Of a stretch of 16,466 nt of DNA, positions 8,661 through 16,466 are shown in pieces. The translations under genes and the position numbers were made by a program. This DNA comes from Verrucomicrobiota bacterium (GTDB taxonomy: Bacteria; Verrucomicrobiota; Verrucomicrobiia; Limisphaerales; CANJXF01): positions 1 through 16,466 of the forward strand of contig JBBQRQ010000110.1 in the NCBI GenBank assembly GCA_038214755.1, given 5' to 3'. Every line of letters starts with the position of its first letter. Position 1 is the first letter of the stretch. Under the pieces are notes generated by a model. It was not told the origin of the DNA. It searched no databases and saw nothing but the letters and a program-made list of their open reading frames with translations.

Positions 8661-8949
8661 AGGACGGATTGCCAACGGTCGTAGGCGTCGTTGCGAATCT
8701 CGCACCAATCCACCGCGACGAACACCACGGGCGCTTCGCCACCGAGAATGACAAATCCATTTGCTTCCAGCGGATCGGCAATACTTTTTGACAGCCACGC
8801 CCCACCCATCATTCCGTGCCCAAGTGGAACAGTCACATCTGCGCTGAAGGTGGCGAGGCGGAGTTGGGGCGGTTTCCTGCGCTAGCGGCGAGGCAAAACA
8901 CCGCGAACATCGCGCAAGAGAATTTGACGATCAGTGAACGCGGTTTCAT
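8660..8949 (-). pseudogene. 5' fragment of a secreted PVC-type hydrolase (neutral-ceramidase-like N-terminus), frameshifted and truncated
   Basis: ATG 8949 gives signal peptide MKPRSLIVKFSCAMFAVFCLAASAG. After a frameshift near 8875 the other frame reads KPPQLRLATFSADVTVPLGHGMMGG...DPLEANGFVILGGEAPVVFVAVDWCEIRNDAYDRWQSVL and ends abruptly near 8660. Confidence 0.65.
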
Positions 8950-9017
8950 GGAGCATTACGGAGCGAGAGGGTCGTTCATTATGACCGCGTATCGACTGAT
9001 AACAGTGCAACTTCCTC

Positions 9018-10439
9018 TCATTTGCCAAACGCATAGAGCATTGTGGCCGTCCGAAGATAAAGCGCATTTTCAACCAGCGCAGGCGTGGCGGAGATGCGTT
9101 CGCCGAAGTCAGCATGGTGTAAAACCTTTGGTTTCTCGCCCCCGGCTTCCATCACCGTCACGCGACCGTTGAGCGAGGCAAGGTAAATGCGTCCGTCTGC
9201 CGCTACCGGCGACGCATAATAGCTGCCCATCGCGTCAATCCGTTCCTGTTGGTAATACGGCTGCCCCGTCTTTGCATCGAAGCTTGAAAAAATACCACCG
9301 TCGCGAATTAGATACACGCGGCCATTGTAGAAAAGCGGGCTTGGAACGTAAGGCAACCCCCGCGTTTGCTTCCAGGCAATCTGGCTTCCGGTCAACACCC
9401 CTTTGCCGCCCGGCTTCAGGGCAATAAGAACATTCTCGCCCTTCGCCATGTAGGCTTTCATGGTTTCCAAATCCTCCGCAGTGAGTTTGCCGTCGCGATT
9501 GACATCCATCGATTTGAAAAAACTGCCCATGCCGGCGGCTTGAGCTTCTTCCAGCGTTATTGCACCGTCGTTGTTTTTGTCAGCGCCCTTCGCCATGTTT
9601 GCAAATGACGGCATCGGCCCATCCGACTTGCCCGGTGACCAGCCAGCAAAGAACAACATCCCGTCCCCGATGACCGGCGTGGTGCAGGTGAACGATGGCA
9701 TTCCGGCCAGCGACCAATTTTCCACGCCCGTTTTCAAATTATAACCCTTGATCTGGAGCGAGCCAGACATCACGACTTCTTTCGCCCCGCCGTTCTTCCA
9801 AAAAATCGGCGTGCCAAAACTCTGCGTGACGTCTGGTCGAGCGGCTTCCCAAACTGTTTTGCCCGTCTTCAAATCCACCGCCAGCAATGAACCACTTGTG
9901 GCTTGATCGCGATTCAACAGGACAAGGCCATCCACGATGACAGGGGAATAACCGCTGCCGAAACCTCCAGCCGTTTGCGCCGTCGGCAAAGGATGCCGCC
10001 AAAGCTCCTTCCCTTTCATGTCATAGCAAACCAAGCCACACGAACCAAAGTAACTCACCACGCGCTTGCCATCCGTTGCGACCGTGGACGCGGCGGGGCT
10101 TCCCTCGGTGGAGTGAAACTCCTCCAACTGTTCCGGCGTCACTGCTCGCTTCCACGTTAAGTTCCCATCGCGTCGCCGATAGCAAAGCGTCTCCAGCGTG
10201 CCGTTCTCAAACGCCGACAGAAAAATCCATTCACGCCACACGCACGGCGACGAGATGCCGGATGGCACAGAATTCTTCCACAGTTGATTTGTCCCGGGGG
10301 CAAACTCGGTGGGCGGTTTGGCTGATTCAGAAACGCCCGAAGCGTTCGGTCCCCGGAACTGCGGCCAAGCGTCAGCGGCGTGGGCCGCGCTGGCCGAAAT
10401 CATGGCAACTGCCCAGATCGAATATAAATGCTTTGTCAT
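9018..10439 (-). CDS. Secreted PQQ-like/BamB-type beta-propeller protein with an inserted EF-hand pair (473 aa)
   Basis: Likely start ATG 10439 (signal peptide ending AHA-A); WPQFRGPNASG, SSPCV, ASTVATDG, SPVIVDG, PYVPSPL and YASPVAADG propeller motifs; EF-hands DKNNDGAITLEE and DVNRDGKLTAED. Confidence 0.9.
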   Translation of the reverse strand: MTKHLYSIWAVAMISASAAHAADAWPQFRGPNASGVSESAKPPTEFAPGTNQLWKNSVPSGISSPCVWREWIFLSAFENGTLETLCYRRRDGNLTWKRAVTPEQLEEFHSTEGSPAASTVATDGKRVVSYFGSCGLVCYDMKGKELWRHPLPTAQTAGGFGSGYSPVIVDGLVLLNRDQATSGSLLAVDLKTGKTVWEAARPDVTQSFGTPIFWKNGGAKEVVMSGSLQIKGYNLKTGVENWSLAGMPSFTCTTPVIGDGMLFFAGWSPGKSDGPMPSFANMAKGADKNNDGAITLEEAQAAGMGSFFKSMDVNRDGKLTAEDLETMKAYMAKGENVLIALKPGGKGVLTGSQIAWKQTRGLPYVPSPLFYNGRVYLIRDGGIFSSFDAKTGQPYYQQERIDAMGSYYASPVAADGRIYLASLNGRVTVMEAGGEKPKVLHHADFGERISATPALVENALYLRTATMLYAFGK

Positions 10440-10705
10440 ATTTGGCTGAGTTTGGCGACGTGGTTTGTGCGTGCAAGCTCCAACTCCGCGATGAAAGCTG
10501 CGACCTAATTTCGTGGCTCGAACAAAACACTGGACCCGGTAAATCGTCGAATCATATAAAGTTTCCGTCCGTGTCCACCACAAAAAGATCCCAACCATTC
10601 CGACATGAAGACAGTTTCAATCACGGTCACCAAATGACTTCGCGCGGTAATTCCCACTTGCGCCGCGCTACGGTTGGGAAGGTGCGGGGGACGATAAGAT
10701 AATGG

Positions 10706-11671
10706 GGCTATGTATGAGTTTCCCCTAGCCTCAATCCCTTGTGTGCGCCCCCGGCGAGGTCTTCGCAGAGTACGGGGCCGAGAGCTACCGCCTGCCCCAG
10801 TAGCCGATAGAACAACAGCCCGCGCGAGCGGGAGGTCCGCCGGTTGAATCGAAACGTGAACTCGTCCAAGTAGTAATCCAGGTGCGAATGGGCCACCGCC
10901 CCTTGATGAGTCCCCAGCAGCCAGCGTTTCAAGAGCGAGGCCACACGATGAGCGCGGGGCAGCAGGTTTTCGCCGACGATGGCCGTCGCTCGCACGATGT
11001 TCCGTCGATAGCCTTGCGCCTCCAACCCGGCATAGCCATCCCAACCGTCCGTCAATACCTGACTGCCGGGTTGGACCGCGCGGCCTACCGCTCCGAGCAA
11101 CTCCGGGCCGGACGCGTTGGCCATGCGTGCCAGACGAATGCGCCCGATCTTGGCCCCATCGGCCTGGGCGGCCACTAATACCAAAGCCTTGCCGAGGGCG
11201 CCCCGGCCCCGCGGCCCGGATCGTTCGCCGCCCACGTAAACCTCGTCCACCTTGACCGTGCCCGACAACTGGTCTCGACCCGGGCCGCACCATGGCCCGA
11301 CGCAACTTGTGCAGCCAGCGCCACGCCGTCGGATAGCTGCCCAATCCCAACACCCGCTGCACGCCCAAGGCGCTCACGCCGTTCTTCTGATGGACCGCAT
11401 ACCACATCGCCTCAAACCATAGCCGCAGCGGCAATTTGGTGTTCGCGAACAACGTGCCAGCGGTCACCGTGAAGTCGTAGCCACAGTTCCCGCAGCGATA
11501 AAACGGGGGCGTCATCCGCCAAACCTTGGTCTCTGGACAACGCGGACAGCGCGGTCCTTCCGGCCAACGAATCCGCTCCAGATAAGCTCGGCAAGCGGCT
11601 TCGTCGGGAAACCAGTCGCGCAATTCGGTCGCCGTTTCCGGATAGTCGGCCATGCCCCAAACTACATCGCC
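10706..11671 (-). mobile_element. IS1595-family insertion sequence (about 970 bp; ends tentative)
   Basis: Contains the transposase listed below. Weak terminal IRs GGCTATGTA (10706-10714) / TACATCGCC (11663-11671), 8/9 match; no target-site duplication found. Confidence 0.75.
10708..11653 (-). pseudogene. IS1595-family transposase with a +1 frameshift
   Basis: N-terminal Zn ribbon (RWPEGPRCPRC...CGNC), HTH (GVSALGVQRVLGLGSYPTAWRWLHKLRRAM) and DDE core (VDEVYVGG, TDGWDGY, YLDEFTFRFNRR). Removing one C from 11279-11281 restores MVRPGRDQLSGTVKVDE. Confidence 0.9.
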
Positions 11672-11683
11672 GGGCCAATTTCT

Positions 11684-11712
11684 TTGACAGTTTTACCGCG
11701 CGTTGGCACTGT
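11684..11712 (+). promoter_or_regulatory. Putative sigma70 promoter upstream of the carB C-terminal half
   Basis: Perfect TTGACA (11684-11689), 17-nt spacer, then TGg-CACTGT (extended -10-like, 11704-11712). It lies outside the tentative IS end. Confidence 0.45.
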
Positions 11713-11731
11713 GCGCCGACTTTTATAAGCT

Positions 11732-13558
11732 GTGAATCCCGAATTACTAGCCCAAGCCAAATCGCTCGGTTTCTCCGACCGGCAGATCGCCCATTTGACC
11801 GGCACGACCGAGGACGCCATTCGCGCCGAGCGAAAAAAACTGGGCCTCGTACCGAGCTATCGTCTGGTCGATACGTGCGCGGCGGAGTTTGAAGCTTACA
11901 CGCCTTATTTTTATTCCACTTACGATTGCGGCGACGACGAAACGAAGCCCTCCGACAAAAAGAAAGTAATGATTCTCGGCGGCGGGCCGAATCGCATCGG
12001 TCAGGGAATTGAATTTGATTATTGCTGCGTCCACGCGGCGTTCGCGCTGAAGGAAGATGGCTTTGAAACGCTGATGGTGAATTCAAATCCAGAAACGGTT
12101 TCGACGGACTACGACACGAGCGACAAACTTTATTTTGAGCCGCTCACGCTGGAAGATGTTCTTCACATTTACGAACGGGAAAAATGCTGGGCCGCCATCG
12201 CCCAGTTCGGTGGGCAAACACCGCTGAACCTCGCGCTCGCTCTGCAAAAAAACGGCGTGAACATCATCGGCACGTCGCCGCAGAGCATTGAAATCGCCGA
12301 AGATCGAAAACTTTTCTCGGCGATGCTCGACAAGTTGAAGATTCCACAACCGCCGAATGGACTCGCGACGAATGAAGCCGAAGCATTGCACGCTTCGAAA
12401 AGACTCGGCTATCCCGTTTTGGTGCGCCCCTCGTTCGTGCTCGGTGGGCGCGCGATGCAAATTGTTTACTCCGACAGTGAACTTTCGCACTACATGCGTT
12501 TTGCTGTGGAAGCTTCGCCCGAACGTCCCGTGCTCGTGGATAAATTTTTGGAAGACGCGACCGAAGTGGATGTCGATTGCATCACGGATGTCGGGCATTT
12601 CAAAAACATCGAACATCGAACATCGAACACCGAACATCGAAATACCGGAGACGGAACCATTGTCATTGGCGGAATGTTGGAGCACATCGAATTTGCCGGA
12701 GTCCATTCCGGTGACGCCGCGATGGTTTTGCCGCCGCATACCCTTTCCGAAAGCGTCATCAATACGATTCGCGAATACACCCACACGATGGCGCGCGAAC
12801 TGAAAGTCATCGGCTTGATGAACGTGCAATACGCGGTCAAAGGCGACACCGTCTATGTGCTCGAAGTAAATCCTCGCGCCTCGCGCACGGTTCCATTCGT
12901 GAGCAAGGCGATTGGCGTTCCGTTGGCCAAGCTGGCGGCCAAAGTCATGGCCGGGAAAACTTTGAAAGAGTTGAATTTCACTGAGGAAATCTGGCCGAAA
13001 TATTGGGCGGTGAAGGAATCGGTTTTCCCCTTCAATCGTTTTCATGGGCAGGACATTTTGCTTTCGCCCGAAATGCGTTCCACGGGTGAAGTGATGGGAC
13101 TCGATGCCGATCTCGGCATCGCTTACGCGAAATCGCAAATGGCTGCCAACGCCCCGTTGCCGATGAGCGGACGGGTTTTTATTTCCGTGAGCGATTTGCA
13201 CAAAAAAGAAGCAGTGGAGGTCGCCAAACAATTCGCTGAACTCGGATTTGAATTGGTTTCGACGAGCGGCACCGCGGCGGTTTTGGAAAAAGCGGGGTTG
13301 AAAGTTCAACGCATTTTTAAATTATCCGAAGGCCGGCCCAACGCGGTTGACCTTTTGAAGAACCGCGAAATCCAACTCGTCATCAACACGCCGGCGGGTC
13401 AATCACCGCGCGCCGATGAAGTGAAAATCCGCACGACCGCCGTTTATACCGGCACGCCGATTATGACCACGCTCAGTGGCGCGAAAGCCGCCGCGCTCGG
13501 CATCGCGTCTCTCAAGAAAAATGGTTACGCAGTCAAGACCGTGCAGGAATATCATTGA
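11732..13558 (+). CDS. carB: Carbamoyl-phosphate synthase large subunit, C-terminal half only (part of oligomerisation domain, second ATP-grasp, MGS domain; 608 aa)
   Basis: AKSLGFSDRQIA, VDTCAAEFEA, GGGPNRIGQGIEFDYCCVHA, NPETVSTDYDTSD, RPSFVLGGRAM, EVNPRASRTVPFVSKA, PEMRSTGEVMG and an MGS tail. An in-frame TAA at 11726-11728 precludes upstream extension. Confidence 0.95.
   Translation: MNPELLAQAKSLGFSDRQIAHLTGTTEDAIRAERKKLGLVPSYRLVDTCAAEFEAYTPYFYSTYDCGDDETKPSDKKKVMILGGGPNRIGQGIEFDYCCVHAAFALKEDGFETLMVNSNPETVSTDYDTSDKLYFEPLTLEDVLHIYEREKCWAAIAQFGGQTPLNLALALQKNGVNIIGTSPQSIEIAEDRKLFSAMLDKLKIPQPPNGLATNEAEALHASKRLGYPVLVRPSFVLGGRAMQIVYSDSELSHYMRFAVEASPERPVLVDKFLEDATEVDVDCITDVGHFKNIEHRTSNTEHRNTGDGTIVIGGMLEHIEFAGVHSGDAAMVLPPHTLSESVINTIREYTHTMARELKVIGLMNVQYAVKGDTVYVLEVNPRASRTVPFVSKAIGVPLAKLAAKVMAGKTLKELNFTEEIWPKYWAVKESVFPFNRFHGQDILLSPEMRSTGEVMGLDADLGIAYAKSQMAANAPLPMSGRVFISVSDLHKKEAVEVAKQFAELGFELVSTSGTAAVLEKAGLKVQRIFKLSEGRPNAVDLLKNREIQLVINTPAGQSPRADEVKIRTTAVYTGTPIMTTLSGAKAAALGIASLKKNGYAVKTVQEYH
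12605..12639 (+). repeat. Heptamer tandem repeat (AACATCG)x5 inside carB
   Basis: AACATCG AACATCG AACATCG AACACCG AACATCG, encoding NIEHRTSNTEHR. Confidence 0.95.
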
Positions 13559-13643
13559 AGCTCGCCAAGTATTTTTCGAGAAAGGCTTTGGAAAATCACT
13601 TGCCAAATGGTAGTGGCGCGGTGGATATTTCCCGCCCTTGGTC

Positions 13644-13719
<76 letters not shown>

Positions 13720-13782
13720 CTTTCGAAAAGTTCTCTTCCTGACTTGGAAATTGCGCCGTCGGTTTGATTTTATCTGGAAGTG

Positions 13783-13970
13783 CTATGTCCACAATGGCCC
13801 GTCTAGTGATCAATGTTGAATCGCCTCAGAAACGTGTTCGTTGAAAACTTTTTCCGCGCCAGCCAAGTCAGCGATCGTGCGCGCGACTTTTAAAATTCGG
13901 TCATAAAGCGCGCTCAAGTTCAAATCGCTCAGGCAAATTTCAAAAGATCGTATTTAGTTTTTCATCCAAA
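13783..13970 (-). pseudogene. comM: Degraded 3' remnant of a ComM/YifB (Mg-chelatase-related AAA+ helicase) gene
   Basis: Minus strand reads DLLKFA/[frameshift][47 protein letters not shown], matching the ComM C-terminal consensus [19 protein letters not shown]...H..EAIQYR.LDR. It is absent from the ORF track. Confidence 0.85.
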
Positions 13971-14134
13971 ACAGAATGACAAACCGCGTAGTTCCTAATT
14001 TTCAAGTTGCTTTGCAAAAGTTCCATTACGAAAATCCGATGCACAAAACCGAACTTAGCGGAATCTATTTTTATGCCTGCGAAATTTTTGCTCCACCTTG
14101 CTGTCTTGTCTCTATTTGAGGTTATTTCTTCATA

Positions 14135-14253
14135 GAGCGTGTCTGAGAAATGTAGCCGCCGACGTGAGGAGGCGGATTTTGCCCAAAGGGTCGCAGGATT
14201 GTCCGCCTCCTCACGTCGGCGGCTACGGGCTTGGGGATTTCTCAGACACGTTC
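14135..14253. mobile_element. MITE-like element (119 bp) containing the same GTAG-REP doublet as 2980-3097
   Basis: Outer IRs GAGCGTGTCTGAGAAAT (14135-14151) / ATTTCTCAGACACGTTC (14237-14253), 16/17 match; ATA on both flanks (14132-14134, 14254-14256); perfect inner 25-bp arms 14152-14176 / 14202-14226 with a 25-nt spacer. Confidence 0.85.
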
Positions 14254-14817
14254 ATAGACTTGTTCGAAGTCGCAATGATCCACCCAGATGTGATGACTAC
14301 CCGCTTCGATACCAACGTAGTCCCAGCCATAGGTGTCATAATTGCCGCTGGGATCTTAAACCCAAAGATCGCGAAACTTCAGGTTGCGAATGATGATGTT
14401 TTGTTTCGCGGTCGGCCCTTTGCCAATTCGAAAGGTGCCGCGATGAATCGTTGCGCCGTTCTTCGAGTAAATCGTTTTATTGGAATTAACCAGTAGTTCG
14501 CCGGTGGGATAATTCGTCGGAAAACCGGCGTTGGCATTGGCGAGACTGGAAAGATCGATGTCGTTTAAAATTTCGATAACGTAGGTGATGTTGGTCTGTG
14601 CGTATTTGACGAGATCGGAAAGAGTCGAGACTTGAACCCGCGCCCCGCCCGATCCTCCAGTAGTCCCATTGCGACCAAGCCCAGTCAACGTGGCAAAACC
14701 GGTCAATTGATAATCGGGCGCGGCGAAAAGTCGGGTCGCCGCGAGGCAAACAAAAAGCGGGGACAGCAAAATTCTTTTTGGCCAAGAAGTTTTTAGAAAC
14801 GGTTTCGAGAGTGACAT
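14254..14817 (-). pseudogene. Pectate lyase (PL1-like) 5' fragment with an internal stop, truncated at the MITE
   Basis: Signal peptide, GFATL..LGRNGTTGGSGG, VNSNKTI and NIIIRNLKF. After the in-frame TAA (14356-14358) the frame continues DPSGNYDTYGWDYVGIEAGSHHIWVDHCDFEQVY, containing the PL1 WVDH motif, then meets the element. Confidence 0.88.
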
Positions 14818-15094
14818 GAATTCAACTTAGATTATCGCAGAAGCGCAAAATGTCAGTGTCAACTTTTTGCCAAGACGGTTGAAAATTGAGAACCTCGAAC
14901 ATTATGGAAAGTCGATCTTTCGCAGCAACCCTTGGCTGGCATTTGGTTCATCCTCGACCAATCCAGAAAAATATTTACTTTCCATTAGCGCGACCTTCTT
15001 CTGGAAAGCATTACGGTCGCATCCGGCACGAGATCGACGGATTCGGCAATTCACGCCCTGGCCTGAACTGCGCTTTTTAAAACTGCTTTGGTCT

Positions 15095-16318
15095 ATGTTT
15101 TCTGAAGACAAGAATTCGCCCCTTCGTTTGCGGGTCAGTCCAACGGCCGAAACGATTCTTCGAGGAGGTCATCCCTGGCTTTTTGCCAAAAGTATTCGCG
15201 AACAAAATCGTGAAGGAACTCTTGGAGAATATGCGGTCATCTACGACCGAAAGGATGCCTTTTTGGCGATAGGATTATTCGACCCCGATTCGCCGTTGCG
15301 CGTGCGGATTTTGCATTCGGGAAAGCCGCAAACCATCGACGAGGGCTGGTGGAAAAAACAACTTCTCGCAACGATCCATCGTCGCGACGGATGGTTCGAC
15401 AATGAAACAAATGGTTATCGCCTGATCAACGGCGAGAGCGATGGGTGGCCCGGTCTGGTGCTGGATCGCTACGACAACACGCTCGTCGTAAAACTTTATA
15501 CCGCAGCCTGGTTTCCACACCTCGAAAGAATAGCCGCATTGATCGCGGAACTAGTGCCGCACGAAAGGCTGGCCCTTCGTCTCAGTCGCAACATTCAGGA
15601 CGTTGCGCAAAATAAATTTCACTTGTTCGATGGGAAAATTATTCTGGGCAAACCGCTGGAAGTCCCCGTGATTTTTTTGGAAAGCGGCAGGCGTTTTGAA
15701 GCGGATGTTTTGCGGGGACAAAAGACGGGGTTCTTCCTCGACCAGCGCGAAAACCGGCGACAGGTTGAAACCTTGGCTAGAGGTCGCGATGTGCTGAACG
15801 CCTTTAGTTTTTCCGGCGGATTTTCCTTGTACGCGGCGCGCGGCGGCGCGCGTTCCGCGACCGACCTCGACCTCAGTTCACATGCGTTGGAAAGCGCGCG
15901 ACGCAACTTTGCTTTGAACTCTGCAGATTCGGGCGTGAAAAATTGTTTGCACGAAATAATTCAAGCGGATGTTTTTGCCTGGCTAACGACAGAACCGCGA
16001 CGGAAGTTCGATCTAATCGTGCTGGACCCGCCATCGCTAGCCAAGCGGGAGGCTGAACGGGCAGGAGCAATTGACGCTTACGGAAAACTTGCGCGCCACG
16101 CCATCGCACATCTCAAATCACGGGGTGTGTTGGTCACAGCTTCTTGCTCCGCCCACGTTTCCACTGAGGAATTTTTCAACGCCATTCGCCAAAGCGCGCG
16201 CAATTCGAAACGCAAATTTAAAGAGATAAAGACGACCGGACACCCACCGGATCATCCCGCGACGTTTCCCGAAGCCCATTATCTCAAATGTATTTATTTG
16301 CAGTTTGATGTGGAATGA
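15095..16318 (+). CDS. rlmI: RlmI/YccW-family SAM-dependent 23S rRNA m5C methyltransferase (about 407 aa)
   Basis: PUA-like N-terminus (LRGGHPWLF), [53 protein letters not shown] and ASCS. ATG 15095 is preferred over the ORF-track start at 14867. Confidence 0.85.
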   Translation: MFSEDKNSPLRLRVSPTAETILRGGHPWLFAKSIREQNREGTLGEYAVIYDRKDAFLAIGLFDPDSPLRVRILHSGKPQTIDEGWWKKQLLATIHRRDGWFDNETNGYRLINGESDGWPGLVLDRYDNTLVVKLYTAAWFPHLERIAALIAELVPHERLALRLSRNIQDVAQNKFHLFDGKIILGKPLEVPVIFLESGRRFEADVLRGQKTGFFLDQRENRRQVETLARGRDVLNAFSFSGGFSLYAARGGARSATDLDLSSHALESARRNFALNSADSGVKNCLHEIIQADVFAWLTTEPRRKFDLIVLDPPSLAKREAERAGAIDAYGKLARHAIAHLKSRGVLVTASCSAHVSTEEFFNAIRQSARNSKRKFKEIKTTGHPPDHPATFPEAHYLKCIYLQFDVE

Positions 16319-16360
16319 CCTGCACTATTTGTTCGCTGCTATTACTTGGTGACGCGGGCA

Positions 16361-16462
16361 AAAGCGGTGGAGGGGCACCGCACGCCAAGACGCTATCGCG
16401 CTGTTTAGGCCTCCTCGAAATTCGCGTGAGCGTCTTGGAGTGCGGTGGCCCTCCACCGCTTT
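16361..16462. repeat. REP-doublet-like inverted repeat (GGAG-type)
   Basis: 34-bp arms 16361-16394 / 16429-16462 with 2 mismatches. Each arm has an internal palindrome, and the right arm reads GGAG-TGCGGTGG-CCCT-CCACCGC. Confidence 0.85.
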
Positions 16463-16466
16463 CAGG

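Noticed and set aside
9460..9590. EF-hand pair inside the beta-propeller as a novelty
   Set aside because: This architecture is familiar among PVC PQQ-like propeller proteins, so it is recorded as a feature only.
10440..10598. N-terminal extension of the PQQ-propeller ORF
   Set aside because: A clean signal peptide starts at ATG 10439, and the upstream residues look non-coding.
11276..11287. Programmed frameshift in the IS1595 transposase
   Set aside because: No canonical X XXY YYZ slippery heptamer is present, and IS1595 transposases are normally single ORFs.
12083..13309. 408-aa antisense ORF and other long shadow ORFs (e.g. 5226..5849, 10076..10702, 11412..12086)
   Set aside because: They overlap well-supported genes, lack recognisable motifs and are expected in GC-rich coding DNA.
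14356..14358. Stop-codon recoding in the pectate lyase
   Set aside because: The stop is TAA, not a Sec or Pyl codon. TAA terminates other genes here and the gene is truncated downstream anyway.
14098..14496. ORFs 14098..14496 and 2783..3115 sharing the peptide VAADVRRRI...PPPHV.GY
   Set aside because: The shared peptide is simply the translated REP doublet, not evidence of a protein family.
14867..15094. 76-aa N-terminal extension of RlmI
   Set aside because: Family similarity begins just after ATG 15095, and the extension overlaps the divergent promoter region.

Overview
This 16.5-kb bacterial window looks verrucomicrobial (PVC), judging from an H-X9-DG prepilin protein, a secreted protein with a C-terminal 'FFRL' tail and an EF-hand PQQ-type propeller. 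Intact-looking genes encode an SGNH/TPR membrane protein, a secreted triple-CBM-like protein with a prepilin-type partner, an ECF sigma/anti-sigma/PDZ operon, a PQQ-like beta-propeller, a stand-alone C-terminal half of CarB, tRNA-Phe(GAA) and an RlmI-family methyltransferase. Mobile or decayed DNA includes a transposase 3' end at the left edge, a frameshifted IS1595, two gene fragments fused tail-to-tail, a degraded comM 3' remnant beside the tRNA and a truncated pectate lyase. The most unusual signals are three. First, two ~118-bp composite elements carry the same GTAG-REP doublet (25-bp arms, 25-nt spacer) inside two unrelated TIR/direct-repeat shells. Second, a TTCG-cored heptamer repeat family occurs both intergenically and in frame inside CarB. 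Third, carB appears split. All calls come from reading motifs by eye; no searches were run.
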